DNA from: an uncultured Pseudomonadota bacterium
Lineage (GTDB): Bacteria; Pseudomonadota; Alphaproteobacteria; Acetobacterales; Acetobacteraceae
Length of the DNA: 32,000 bases
NCBI GenBank assembly: GCA_963849305.1
Contig: CAWKGV010000005.1
Coordinates: 365,430-397,429 of the forward strand
Direction of reading: 5' to 3'
Shown here: piece after piece, positions 1 through 9,511 of the stretch
How the letters are laid out: every line of letters begins with the position of its first letter
How positions within the stretch are numbered: the first letter of the stretch is position 1
Made by a program: the position numbers and the translations under genes
Notes under the pieces: model-generated
What the model was told of the DNA's origin: nothing
Seen by the model: the letters and a program-made list of their open reading frames with translations, nothing else
Databases searched by the model: none

Positions 1-606
1 CATCAGCCCGCCCACCGAGGCGGAGACCATCGAAACCCCCGACCATAGCACATAGACCCCGGCGAGCGCGGCGAGCGCCGGGTCGATCAGCAGCGTGCCG
101 GTCAGCGCGACAAGCCCGACGCCCACGATAATGCAGACGGACGTGACCACGTCGGAAAGCAGGTGCTTGCCGTCGGCCGCCAGCGCCGCGGAACGGAGCC
201 GCCGGCCGGCGCCGATCAGCAGCGCCGACCAGAGCCCGTTGAGGACCGTGGCGACGGCGCTGAGGCCGATGCCGCGCGCCGGCATGTCGATCGGGTGGGG
301 ATCGCGGAAATCCGCCCAGGCGTGCTGGAAGATGGAGATGGAGGCGAGGACGATGAGCACGCCCTCGATCACCGCCGCGAAGAACTCGGCCTTCTCGTGG
401 CCGAACGGGTGGTTGGCGTCGGCGGGCCTGGAGGCGAGCCGGACGGCGAACAGCGCGATCACGCTGGCGAGCACGTTCACCGTGGTCTCCAGCGCGTCGG
501 AATAGAACGCGGCGCTGCCGGTCAGCCGCCAGGCGGCGGCCTTCAGCGCCAGCACCAGGCAGCCGATGCCGATGCTGCCGATCGCGATGCGTTCCGCCCG
601 TCTCAC
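1..606 (-). CDS. Cation diffusion facilitator (CDF) family metal-efflux transporter, N-terminal ~200 codons; the 3' end lies beyond the left edge of the window
   Basis: Absent from the ORF track because it has no in-window stop. My minus-strand translation from GTG at 606 (purine-rich GGGAAGGGGG a few nt upstream, in-frame TGA just above) reads VRRAERIAIGSIGIGCLVLALKAAAWRLTGSAAFYSDALETTVNVLASVIALFAVRLASRPADANHPFGHEKAEFFAAVIEGVLIVLASISIF...ADGKHLLSDVVTSVCIIVGVGL. This is the TM1-TM5 region typical of FieF/CzcD-type CDF proteins, including HPFGHxKAE and an H-x3-D site. Confidence 0.8.
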   Translation of the reverse strand, partial: MRRAERIAIGSIGIGCLVLALKAAAWRLTGSAAFYSDALETTVNVLASVIALFAVRLASRPADANHPFGHEKAEFFAAVIEGVLIVLASISIFQHAWADFRDPHPIDMPARGIGLSAVATVLNGLWSALLIGAGRRLRSAALAADGKHLLSDVVTSVCIIVGVGLVALTGTLLIDPALAALAGVYVLWSGVSMVSASVGGLM

Positions 607-677
607 GCGGCCCCCTTCCCATCAGCGCGTCTAGAGAGGGGAGAGGTCGGTACGCAACCCTGGGGGCGCCGACGGTA

Positions 678-759
678 GTGTACACCTTGGCGGTGCGGCC
701 GAGCGAGGCGTTCCCGCGGGGTGTACACCTTCGCACCTGCGGCATCGCGATGTGTACAC
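678..759. promoter_or_regulatory. Array of three GTGTACAC palindromes (678-685, 721-728, 752-759) between the CDF start and the end of the R-M gene; candidate operator array
   Basis: Read directly from the sequence. The first two copies extend to GTGTACACCTT. Start-to-start spacings are 43 and 31 bp. The array lies 72-153 bp upstream of the CDF GTG start. Confidence 0.4.
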
Positions 760-826
760 TGCCTGTTAGGCGGTCGTTAACGAAGCCGACTGGGTCGCGC
801 GGGCGTCCTCACCCGCCGCGCTGCGT

Positions 827-3800
827 CTAGGAAATATAGCGACCGCCGGTGGTTTGGTGGGCCTGGCCCATGGCGACCAGAGCCTCCAGCATTTCCTTCA
901 TCTTTCCAGTGCGTGGCGCCTTGGTGAAGCGGCTCGCGACATCGGCGGGATTCACCGGGGAGCTGGCGAGGGCCGCGCGCAAGACCATGAACTGCTCGGG
1001 CGCGCGCTTGGGCCATGGCGGCATCGCGGCGACTTCGGGCTGTTCGACCGCTAAGCGCGGCTGGGTGGCGCGGCGGGCGGCTTCCTCGGGGGCCTGGAAC
1101 TCGGGGCGGAGCCAGCGGACCAGTCCGGCTTCCTCCTCGGCGCGGCGCTCGGCGTTGAGGGCGACGAGGCGAGCGAGGATGTCGTGTTCCGGCAGATCGG
1201 CCGGCCAGCCGTAGGCGGTTGCGACGGCTGCATCCAGCCGGTCGTGCAGGTCGCGCAGGATCGAGACCTGGCCGGCGTCGTGGATGTCGCGCTCGGCTTG
1301 GGTTAGCGGCGTTCCCGCGCGAATCGCGGCGAGGACGTTGTAGAGTTGGGTGAGCGTGAGCTGCTTGTGCGCGGCCAAGCGCGCCTTGCGGTGCGCGTCG
1401 AGGTCTTCGGCCAGTTCGCGGATGACGCGCGCTTGCGCTGCGGTCGCGAGCGGGAACGGGAACGGGTCGAAGCAGCGGGTCTTGTTGTAGCGTGGGCGGT
1501 CTTCAAGCGTTCCGCCGGACGCCAAGGCCCATGCGACGTGGATGCGCGAGGAGAGGACGCCCAGGTGATACGCGTCTTCACTCGCGATGCATACGAGCAT
1601 GTTGTCGGGCACCGTGTCGGCGGTTAGGAACACGAATGGCCTGTGTTTGGCGGTTTCGACGGTACCAATATAGCTATTCAGTCCATGGAGTGCGGATCGC
1701 AAGACAGCGTTGTTTCGCCCGAATAGCCACCAGTTTTCACGGCGGTATCTCTCATTGTTCTGATCTCGTTCTGGCTTCACTCGTAACAGAACGTGCTGGT
1801 AGACAGCGGGGAAGCGTTGCCTCACCTGCTCCTCGCTGAAACCATCGAGATCGATCACCATCTGGCCGCGGCTGCGCTGCGTGAGATCGCGGCCGTTCAA
1901 GTAAGGGCGGATGTGACGCTCCAAGCCAGACACCTTGCCGAGCCCCAGCACGCGAGCCGTGCCGGGCGAGACGATGAATCCGCTCCCGTGGAGCGACATG
2001 CCTCGGCTGCAAAGCCCCTCATTCGCCCTTAGCGGCAACGTTTGATCTAACGCTGCCCCGATTGTCAGGTCGGCATTGATCGAGCCCTGGCGGGCAGCAA
2101 GCTCCACGTCCGGCGCAGCCTCCTTGGTGGCGCGTTCCGCCGTTACCGTGAGCAGCCGCCCCGGGCGCGCCTGCGGCGGGAGCCGCTCCGCCACCGTCAT
2201 CGCGATGCGAACCGCCGCGGCACCCGCTCCGTCCGCCCAAGGATGATCGGGAATGGCGAAGGCGAGATGCAGGCGGTTCGGGCCTTGCAACGCTTCGGCG
2301 ATCACGCGGCGGCAGAACGTTTGACGGATGCTGTTGGAGGTGATGAAGCCGAAGCGGCGTGGCGTCTTCCGGTCCCCCGCACGCACCAATCCGGCCGCCT
2401 TCCACCAGAAGAACAGCGCGATGTCCGCCGAGTGAGGCACTTGCCGATAAGCCGCCCACAGCGCCTCGACATAGCCCTCGCCAAGCTCGGAGCGCAGATC
2501 CTTGCCGGCGATGAAGGGCGGGTTGCCGACAATGAAATCCGCCTCCGGCCAGGCTGTCGGCTTGGCGTCGATCGGCCGCAGGACCGGCACACGGGCCGTC
2601 TCGTCCGGCACCTCCTCCCTGGTGATCGGGTGGCGCTTGGTCGTGCGGCCATCCCAGCGGCTGATCGGCTGGCCGCGCTGGTCGCGCTCCGGCTCTTCCT
2701 CAGTGTATGTAAGCAGCGCATCCGCCTCCCGGATGTTGCGGAAGTCGCGCAGGATCGGCGGGTCGGGCGGCGCGCTGCCGCGGGTGCGGAAGTGCCATTG
2801 CAGATACCCGATCCACAGCACCAGCTCGGCCACCGGCACGGCGCGCGGGTTCTTCTCCAGGCCGAGGAACTGATGCGGATCGACACTCGCGCCGGCAACC
2901 GCGAGCCGGTCGCCCTCGCCGGGCTGCAGGTCGGAGAGGAGGTCCAACACCTCGCCTTCGAGTCGCTTCATCAGCTCCAATGTCACATAGAGGAAATTGC
3001 CGGTGCCGCAGGCCGGGTCGAGCACGCGCACCTGACACAACGACGCGTGGAAGTCGGCGACCAGCTTGGCCGCGCCCGCGCGATCGGTCTCGGCGCATGT
3101 CGCGGCGGCGACCTTCACGCCGTCCCACTCGGCGCGCAACGGCTCCATGACCGTCGGCAGCACCAGGCGCTCGACGAAGGCGCGCGGTGTGAAGTGCGCG
3201 CCCAGCTCGCCGCGCTGGCGGCTGTCGAGCGCGTTTTCCAGCAAGGTGCCGAAAATCGCCGGCTCGACTTCGGCCCAATCGTGCTTCGCTGCCTTGATCA
3301 GCAGGTCCAGCATGTCGGCGTCGATCGGCAGTGGTTCCACCGGCCCGTGGACACCAGGCGCAAATAGGCCGCCGTTGAAATGCAGCACCGCCGTGTGCAG
3401 CGCGACGGAGTAGCTGCCATCGTTCATGCTGCGCCATAAGTCGCCGAGCATGATGACGAAGCCGCGCGGCAGATCGCCGCGCGAGGCTTCGAGGAGGTCG
3501 GTGAAGCTAGTCCGCGAGGGCAGGAGGCCGACGGATTGGGCGAACATGCAGAAGATGCAGCGCATGAGAAAGCTCGCCACGTGCTGCGGCGGATGCCCCT
3601 TGGCCTCCAGCGCCCGCGCGAGCCGAGCCAGCAGTTCGGCTATGTCGCGTGTGACCCGCGTTCGTTGCTTGGCGGGATCGAGCGAATGCGGCTCCTGCCA
3701 GACGCGGCAAAGCCGGTCGCGCAGCTTCGCATCCCACAGGTCGGTCAGGTAGACCCTGAAGGTCTCGCGGTCAGGGAACTGAGCGTAGTGCTTGCCGGTG

Positions 3801-4276
3801 CCGGAGAAGTCCGCGTAGAGGTCGAAGCAGAAGCCGACATCGCAGACGATCAGAAATGGCGGATAGCCCTCGGCCGCGGGCAGGTCGCGCGCGTAGCCTT
3901 CGGCCTAGCCCCGCGCGGCCAGCATGGCGCGCGCCCATCCGGAAGAGTGACGGACATGAGCTCGGCGTTCCACCTCGGTTCGGCCGAGCCGAGCGTCCTG
4001 GCGAGGGTTGGAGCCCTGTTTGGCCTCCAGGACGAAACTGTTCCGACGATAAAGGTCGATCCGCCGCGCCGTGGCGGTGCCATCCGGCGCGTGGTGGGTG
4101 ACAGTGCGCTCGAACCGATAGGCTCCATCCGCGCCGCAAGCGCCGTCCGGGCGCTCCACGCCCAGCACGTCGCATAGCTCCGAGAGGAACATCGTGTAGT
4201 TGGCGCGCTCGGCCTGCTCCGTGCCGTGCCAGCGAGCGATGAAGGGTTCGATATCGGTTGCATGGCGCGGTGGCAC
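827..4276 (-). pseudogene. MmeI-family Type IIL restriction-modification enzyme (nuclease + N6-adenine methyltransferase + target-recognition domain in one polypeptide), interrupted by one in-frame TAG at 3905-3907
   Basis: Track ORFs 3905..4276 (123 aa) and 827..3580 (917 aa) share one minus frame. My read-through translation (..[52 protein letters not shown]..) joins them. MmeI-like landmarks: IDLYRRNSFVLEAKQ (D..ExK nuclease motif), LGAHFTP, DPACGTGNFL (SAM motif I), GNPPF (motif IV), FITSNSIRQ, and RPRYNKTRCFDPFPFP near the C-terminus. Confidence 0.85.
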
Positions 4277-4351
4277 ATGCCGATATCGGACCGTTTCTAT
4301 TAATTATTGGTTTAGGCGGTTACCGTTGTGTGCGTGGTGGCGTGTGTTCGA

Positions 4352-4390
4352 TCCCTCCCCCGACCCCCTCCCGCAAGGGGAGGGGGAGAA
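4352..4390. repeat. REP-like G/C-rich palindromic element (stem 4364-4372 / 4378-4386, loop GCAAG)
   Basis: TCCCTCCCCCGACCCCCTCCCGCAAGGGGAGGGGGAGAA. A near-identical copy in inverted orientation sits at about 14139-14180. The element lies between the Uma2 stop (4416) and the R-M gene start (4276), so it may also act as a terminator hairpin. Confidence 0.7.
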
Positions 4391-4415
4391 GCAAGTCGCT
4401 GTTGGCGGCCCCGGA

Positions 4416-5009
4416 TTAACGAGCCCCGGTCTCGGCGGGTCCGCCGCTTTCGCTTTCCGGCGCCAACTCGACGCCCTCATAAATCTCCGCCATCGATAGC
4501 TCGGCGCCGATCTCGGGCATCGCGATCACATCGTCCGCACCGATGAGCGAGCCGACCCAGCGTTCGCCCTCGCGGGCGAACATCATGCCGCCACGGGAGT
4601 TCTGCTCCAGCATGACGTAACGGAGGATGGAAGGCGTATCGCGATACTCCTCGTTTTTTTCGATCCGGTCGGTCTGGGCCGTGCCCTCGCTCAGCACCTC
4701 GAAAACAACCACCGGCCCCGGCAGGACGGTCGCGTTGCCGGCCGCGGAAGAACAGGAAACGACCACGTCGGGGTACCGAATCCTGCCGGCCACCTCGATC
4801 TTCACGCCTTCGGCGAATGCCCGGCAGGGTTTTCCGCGCAAGCGGTCACGAAGCACACTGGCAAGGTTCAGCACGATGATGTTGTGGTTGAGGGTGCCGC
4901 CGACCATCGCGACCGGCTGGAACCCGTCGAACTCGTAGCGGATCTCCTGACGCTCCTCCCATGCGAGGAACTCCGGGATCCTCCAGGACCTGCGAACAGC
5001 GACGTTCAT
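4416..5009 (-). CDS. Uma2 family (DUF820) putative PD-(D/E)xK endonuclease
   Basis: 197-aa ORF with the family pattern YEFDGFQPVAMVGGTLNHNIIVLNL...RYPDVVVSC...PVVVFEVLSEGTAQTDRIEKNEEYRDTPSILRYVMLEQ. GGAG sits about 9 nt upstream of the ATG, and the start is only 27 bp downstream of the metH stop. Confidence 0.75.
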   Translation of the reverse strand: MNVAVRRSWRIPEFLAWEERQEIRYEFDGFQPVAMVGGTLNHNIIVLNLASVLRDRLRGKPCRAFAEGVKIEVAGRIRYPDVVVSCSSAAGNATVLPGPVVVFEVLSEGTAQTDRIEKNEEYRDTPSILRYVMLEQNSRGGMMFAREGERWVGSLIGADDVIAMPEIGAELSMAEIYEGVELAPESESGGPAETGAR

Positions 5010-5036
5010 CGACCGATCTCCATGTGACCCGCCCGG

Positions 5037-8000
5037 CTAGACAGAGAAATACTTCGCCCTAGGGTTCAGGACAACGATCGCGCTGGTGGACTGCTCCGGG
5101 TGGAGCTGGAACTCGTCGGACAGCGACACCCCGATCCGCTCGGCGCCCAGCAGCGACAGGAGCTGGATTTGGTCCTCAAGCCGCGGGCAAGCCGGGTAGC
5201 CGAACGAGTAGCGCGAGCCGCGATAGCCTTGCCCGAGCATCTTGTCCATCTCGCGGTCGTCCTCGCCGGCGAAGCCAAGCTCGGCTCGGATGCGCTTATG
5301 GGCATACTCGGCCATCGCCTCGGCCATCTCGACCGAAAGCCCGTGCAGGTAGAGATAGTCCTGGTAGCGGTTGTCCTCGAACCACGAGCGCGCGACCTCT
5401 GAGGCTTGCTGCCCGACGGTCACGACTTGAAGCCCGATCACGTCGCGTTCCACATCGTCCACGTCGCGAAAGAAATCGGCGATGCATTCGCCGTCATCTT
5501 TCGGTTGGCGCGGCAGGGTGAAGCGAGCGACCTCGCTCACGCCGTCCTCGGCGAACACGATCAGGTCGTTCCCCTGCCCCGCTGCCTTCCAGTAGCCGTA
5601 TGCGGCCCGGGGATGCAGGATCGACTCCGCCTCGCAGAGCGCCAGCATCCGCCGCATCACCGGGCGCAGCTCCTGCTTGGCCCAGCCAAGAAAGTCCTCC
5701 AGCGAGCGGCCCTGTTTGCGAAAGCCCCATTGGAATTGATACAGACTGCGCTCGTTCACGAACGGCACGATCGCCTTCGGTGCCGCCTCGATCACGCGGG
5801 CACCCCAGAACGGTGGGCGCGGGATCGGCGCATCGCGCGTGAGCCGGCGCCGGCGCGCCTGCACCGCGCCGACATCGACCGGACGGAACGCGCGCGCATC
5901 CGCCTGGCCCAGCGTTCGGGACTTGTTGCGTGCCTTGCCGGCCCGCTTCGCCTGCACCGCCTGTAGGTAATCGTCGAAGGCATTGCCCGTGACCTTGTCC
6001 ATCAGGTGCAGCCCGTCGAACGCATCGCGCGCGTAGGCGACGCGGGCACAGGAATAGGCGCGGACACAATCATCCTCGACATACGACCGGGTCAGCGCCG
6101 CGCCGCCGAGCAGCACCGGGATCTCCAATCCCTGGCGCGACATCTCCTCCAGGTTCTCGCGCATCACCACGGTCGATTTGACCAGCAGGCCCGACATGCC
6201 GATGGCGTGCGCGCGGTGGTCGCGCGCGGCGGTCAGCATATCGGTGAGCGGCACTTTGATGCCAAGATTCACCACCCGATAGCCGTTGTTGGTCAGGATG
6301 ATGTCCACCAGGTTCTTGCCAATATCGTGGACATCGCCGCGCACCGTGGCCAGCACAATGGTGCCCTTCTCCTGGCCCTCCACTCGCTCCATGAACGGCT
6401 CCAGGTAAGCGACCGCGGCCTTCATTGTCTCGGCGCTTTGCAGCACGAATGGGAGCTGCATCTTGCCGGCGCCGAACAGCTCGCCCACCACCTTCATGCC
6501 GTCCAGTAGCACGGTGTTGATAATGTCGAGCGGCGGCATGGTCTTGAGTGCCGCCTCGAGGTCTTCGCTCAACCCCTTGCGGTCGCCGTCCACAATGCGG
6601 TCCTTGAGCCGGCCCTCCAGGGTTTCGGCCCGCCTCTTGACGGTGGCATCAGCCGCCTTGCGGTCGGCGAACAGTTCCAGCAGCCGCTGCAGCGGGTCGT
6701 AGCCTTCGGCGCGGCGATCGAAGATCAGGTCTTCCGCGACCCGCGCTTCTTCCGGGGCGATCAGATGCAGCGGGCGGATCTTGGAGGCATGGACGATGGC
6801 GCCGCTCATTCCCGCGCGCACCGCATGGTCGAGGAACACCGAGTTCAGCACCGCGCGCGCCGCCGGGTTGAGCCCGAAGCTGATGTTGGAAAGACCCAGA
6901 ATGATCTGGATGTCCGGGAACTCCGCCCGGATCGCCTTGATGCCCTCCAGGGTCCAGAGCCCCAGCTTGCGGTCGTCCTCGTTGCCGGTCGCGATGGTGA
7001 AGGTCAGCGGGTCGATCAGCAGATCCGCTTGCGGCAGGCCGTGGCGGTTGCAGGCGAAATCGACCAGGCGGCGCGCGACCTCCAGCTTGCGCTCGGCGGT
7101 CTTGGCCATGCCCGGCTCGTCGATGGTGAGCGCGATCACGCCCGCGCCGAACCGGCGGGCAAGCTTCAGGCGGTCGGCTGCGTGCTTCTCGCCGTCCTCG
7201 AAGTTGATCGAGTTGATGATCGGCTTGCCGCCATGCAGTTTCAGCGCGGCCTCGATCACCGGCGTCTCGGTGCTGTCGATCACCAGCGGCGCGTTCACCG
7301 AGGCGGTGAAGCGGCGGACCACCTCCTGCATCTCGCCCATTTCGTCGCGGCCGACGAAGGCGGTGCAGATGTCGAGCGCGTGCGAGGCCTCGGCGGCCTG
7401 CTCGCGGCCCATCGCCACACAGCCGTCCCAGTCATGCCGCTCCTGCAACTCCCGCCACTTCTTCGAGCCGTTGGCGTTGCAGCGTTCGCCGATGGCGAAG
7501 AAGGCGTTCTCCTGACGCAGTGGCACCGCCTGGTAGAGCGAGGCGACGCCCGGTACCCAGACCGGCCTGCGAGTGACCGGCACGGGCCGAAATCCGCCGC
7601 GCCGGCGCAGCATCTCGTCCAGTGCCGCGATGTGATGCGTGTCCGTGCCGCAACAGCCGCCAATCAGGTTCACCCCGTCCTCGGCGACGAACCGTTCGAG
7701 CCAGCTCGCCAACTCGGCCGCACCGAGCGGGTAATGCGGGCGGCCATCCACCAGCTCGGGCAACCCGGCGTTCGGCAGCACCGAGAGCAGGCCCGGCCAG
7801 TTGGACGCGAGCCAGCGCAGGTGCTCGGCCATCTCCTGCGGGCCGGTGGCGCAATTCAGGCCCATCAACGGCACGTCAAGGGCGTGAACCACGGTGGCGG
7901 CGGTGGCGATGTCGGGGCCGACCAGCAGCGTGCCGGTGGTCTCCACCGTGACCTGCACGAACACCGGCGTATCGGTGCCCGCCGCTTCCCGCGCGATCTT

Positions 8001-8522
8001 CGCCCCGTTCACCGCGGCCTTGATCTGCAGCGTGTCCTGGCAGGTCTCGATCAGGATCGCGTCCACGCCACCCGCGATCAGCCCGCGGCACTGCTCGGCG
8101 AGCGCGCATTCAAGCGTGTCGTAGGCGATGTTGCCGAGCGTGGGCAGCTTCGTGCCGGGGCCGACGCTGCCCAGCACCCAGCGGTGCCGATGATCGGCGA
8201 AACTCTCGGCGGCTTCGCGCGCCAGCTCGGCGGCGGATTTATTGATCTCGTAGGCTCGCTCGGCCACGCCAAACTCGCCCAATGTGACCGGCGAGGCGCC
8301 GAAGCTGTTGGTTTCGACCATATCCGCCCCGGCTTCGAAAAAACCGCGATGGACGTCGCGGACCAGGTCGGGGCGCGAGAGGGTCAGGATGTCGGTGCAA
8401 TTCTCCTTGCCCCAGTAGTCCCGCTCCAGGTCGAGATCCAGCGTCTGGGCGCGACTGCCCATCCCGCCGTCACAGAGCAGCACCTGGTCGCGCAGGACAT
8501 CCAACAAATGGGGGCGGGACAT
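5037..8522 (-). CDS. metH: Cobalamin-dependent methionine synthase (5-methyltetrahydrofolate-homocysteine methyltransferase)
   Basis: 1161-aa ORF with a homocysteine-binding N-terminus (LLCDGGMGS...), a pterin-binding barrel, the B12-binding DxHxxG motif (RGDVHDIGKN), and a C-terminal reactivation domain ending ...LNPRAKYFSV. Confidence 0.95.
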   Translation of the reverse strand: MSRPHLLDVLRDQVLLCDGGMGSRAQTLDLDLERDYWGKENCTDILTLSRPDLVRDVHRGFFEAGADMVETNSFGASPVTLGEFGVAERAYEINKSAAELAREAAESFADHRHRWVLGSVGPGTKLPTLGNIAYDTLECALAEQCRGLIAGGVDAILIETCQDTLQIKAAVNGAKIAREAAGTDTPVFVQVTVETTGTLLVGPDIATAATVVHALDVPLMGLNCATGPQEMAEHLRWLASNWPGLLSVLPNAGLPELVDGRPHYPLGAAELASWLERFVAEDGVNLIGGCCGTDTHHIAALDEMLRRRGGFRPVPVTRRPVWVPGVASLYQAVPLRQENAFFAIGERCNANGSKKWRELQERHDWDGCVAMGREQAAEASHALDICTAFVGRDEMGEMQEVVRRFTASVNAPLVIDSTETPVIEAALKLHGGKPIINSINFEDGEKHAADRLKLARRFGAGVIALTIDEPGMAKTAERKLEVARRLVDFACNRHGLPQADLLIDPLTFTIATGNEDDRKLGLWTLEGIKAIRAEFPDIQIILGLSNISFGLNPAARAVLNSVFLDHAVRAGMSGAIVHASKIRPLHLIAPEEARVAEDLIFDRRAEGYDPLQRLLELFADRKAADATVKRRAETLEGRLKDRIVDGDRKGLSEDLEAALKTMPPLDIINTVLLDGMKVVGELFGAGKMQLPFVLQSAETMKAAVAYLEPFMERVEGQEKGTIVLATVRGDVHDIGKNLVDIILTNNGYRVVNLGIKVPLTDMLTAARDHRAHAIGMSGLLVKSTVVMRENLEEMSRQGLEIPVLLGGAALTRSYVEDDCVRAYSCARVAYARDAFDGLHLMDKVTGNAFDDYLQAVQAKRAGKARNKSRTLGQADARAFRPVDVGAVQARRRRLTRDAPIPRPPFWGARVIEAAPKAIVPFVNERSLYQFQWGFRKQGRSLEDFLGWAKQELRPVMRRMLALCEAESILHPRAAYGYWKAAGQGNDLIVFAEDGVSEVARFTLPRQPKDDGECIADFFRDVDDVERDVIGLQVVTVGQQASEVARSWFEDNRYQDYLYLHGLSVEMAEAMAEYAHKRIRAELGFAGEDDREMDKMLGQGYRGSRYSFGYPACPRLEDQIQLLSLLGAERIGVSLSDEFQLHPEQSTSAIVVLNPRAKYFSV

Positions 8523-8534
8523 GGGGGGCTCCGG

Positions 8535-9509
8535 TCAGACGGCGAGTTCATAGGCGCGGGAAGCCGGCGCGTCGGGGGCGCGACTGGCGGACCAGAGGCG
8601 TACCGGCAGCGGCGCGGCCCCTGGAATAGCCAGCGCCTGGGCGGGGGCGAGCCCGCGCCCGACCAGCATCCGGTGCATGGCATCGTCGCTGAAACCTGGC
8701 CAACGATGGGCGAAACGCGCGATGATGTCCTGTTGCTGGTGCTGCGCCAGGTCGATCACGATCAGCCGCCCGCCCGGTCGCAGTACGCGCGCGGCCTCCG
8801 CCAGTGCGCCCTCGGGCTGCTCGGCGTAATGCAGCACCATCTGCAGCACGGCGATGTCAAACCCGCCATCCGGCAACGGCAGCCGGTACATATCGGCGAG
8901 CCGCACCGCGCAATGCGACATCCCCGCCCGGGCGAGCCGGGCACGCGCGAGGGCGAGCATCGCCTTGCTGGCGTCCAGGCCCAGCCCCTCGCGCACGCGC
9001 GGGCCGAGCAGTTCCAGCACCCGGCCGGTGCCGGTGCCGATATCGAGCAGCCGCCCCGTGCCCGTTTCGGGGATTAGGCTGAGCAGCGCGGCTTCAACGG
9101 CGGTGGCGGGCAGGTCGAGCGCGCGCATCTCGTCCCAGTCCGCGCCCTGGCGGCGGAAGCTCTCGGAAGCGATGCGCGCCCGCTCGGCGGTGACACGGGC
9201 GGCTTGGCGTCGGTCGGCCTCCAGCACCGGGTCATCGGCCGGCAGGTGGGCCAGCAGCTCGCGGGAGAGCGCGCCCTCCTCGCCCATCGGCACGGCAAAC
9301 CAGGCGTTGGCGCCTTCGCGCAGCCGCTCCAGCAGGCCGGCATCGCACAGCAGCCTGAGATGGCGCGACAGCCGTGGTTGCGATTGGCCGAGGATCTCGG
9401 TGAATTCGGAGACGCAGAATGCCCCACGCGCCGCCAGTGCCAGTACGCGCAGACGCGTGGGTTCGGCGGCGGCACGCAAGGCGGTGAGGAGTCGGTCCAT
9501 GACTTGCAT
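8535..9509 (-). CDS. ArsR/SmtB-family transcriptional regulator fused to a class I SAM-dependent methyltransferase domain
   Basis: The N-terminus has a winged-helix signature (EPTRLRVLALA..CVSEFTEILGQSQPRLSRHLRLLCDAGLL). The C-terminal half has the methyltransferase fold (LLDIGTGTGRVLELL, RPGGRLIVIDL). The gene ends 12 bp upstream of metH on the same strand. An alternative ATG is at 9500. Confidence 0.85.
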   Translation of the reverse strand: MQVMDRLLTALRAAAEPTRLRVLALAARGAFCVSEFTEILGQSQPRLSRHLRLLCDAGLLERLREGANAWFAVPMGEEGALSRELLAHLPADDPVLEADRRQAARVTAERARIASESFRRQGADWDEMRALDLPATAVEAALLSLIPETGTGRLLDIGTGTGRVLELLGPRVREGLGLDASKAMLALARARLARAGMSHCAVRLADMYRLPLPDGGFDIAVLQMVLHYAEQPEGALAEAARVLRPGGRLIVIDLAQHQQQDIIARFAHRWPGFSDDAMHRMLVGRGLAPAQALAIPGAAPLPVRLWSASRAPDAPASRAYELAV

Positions 9510-9511
9510 AT

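Noticed and set aside
2243-3367. 374-aa plus-strand ORF, together with 2302..2898 and 2700..3437 on the minus strand
   Set aside because: These ORFs overlap the well-supported MmeI-family frame, either in alternative frames or antisense, and carry no motifs.
3905-3907. Reading the in-frame TAG as programmed recoding (pyrrolysine or read-through)
   Set aside because: The window shows no Pyl machinery or recoding signals, and this lineage gives no reason to expect them. A simple nonsense mutation is the economical reading.
6765-9077. 770-aa plus-strand ORF
   Set aside because: It is antisense to metH and the ArsR::MTase gene. The composition is Arg/Gly/Ala/His-rich and low-complexity, typical of the opposite strand of high-G+C genes, and it has no recognisable motifs.
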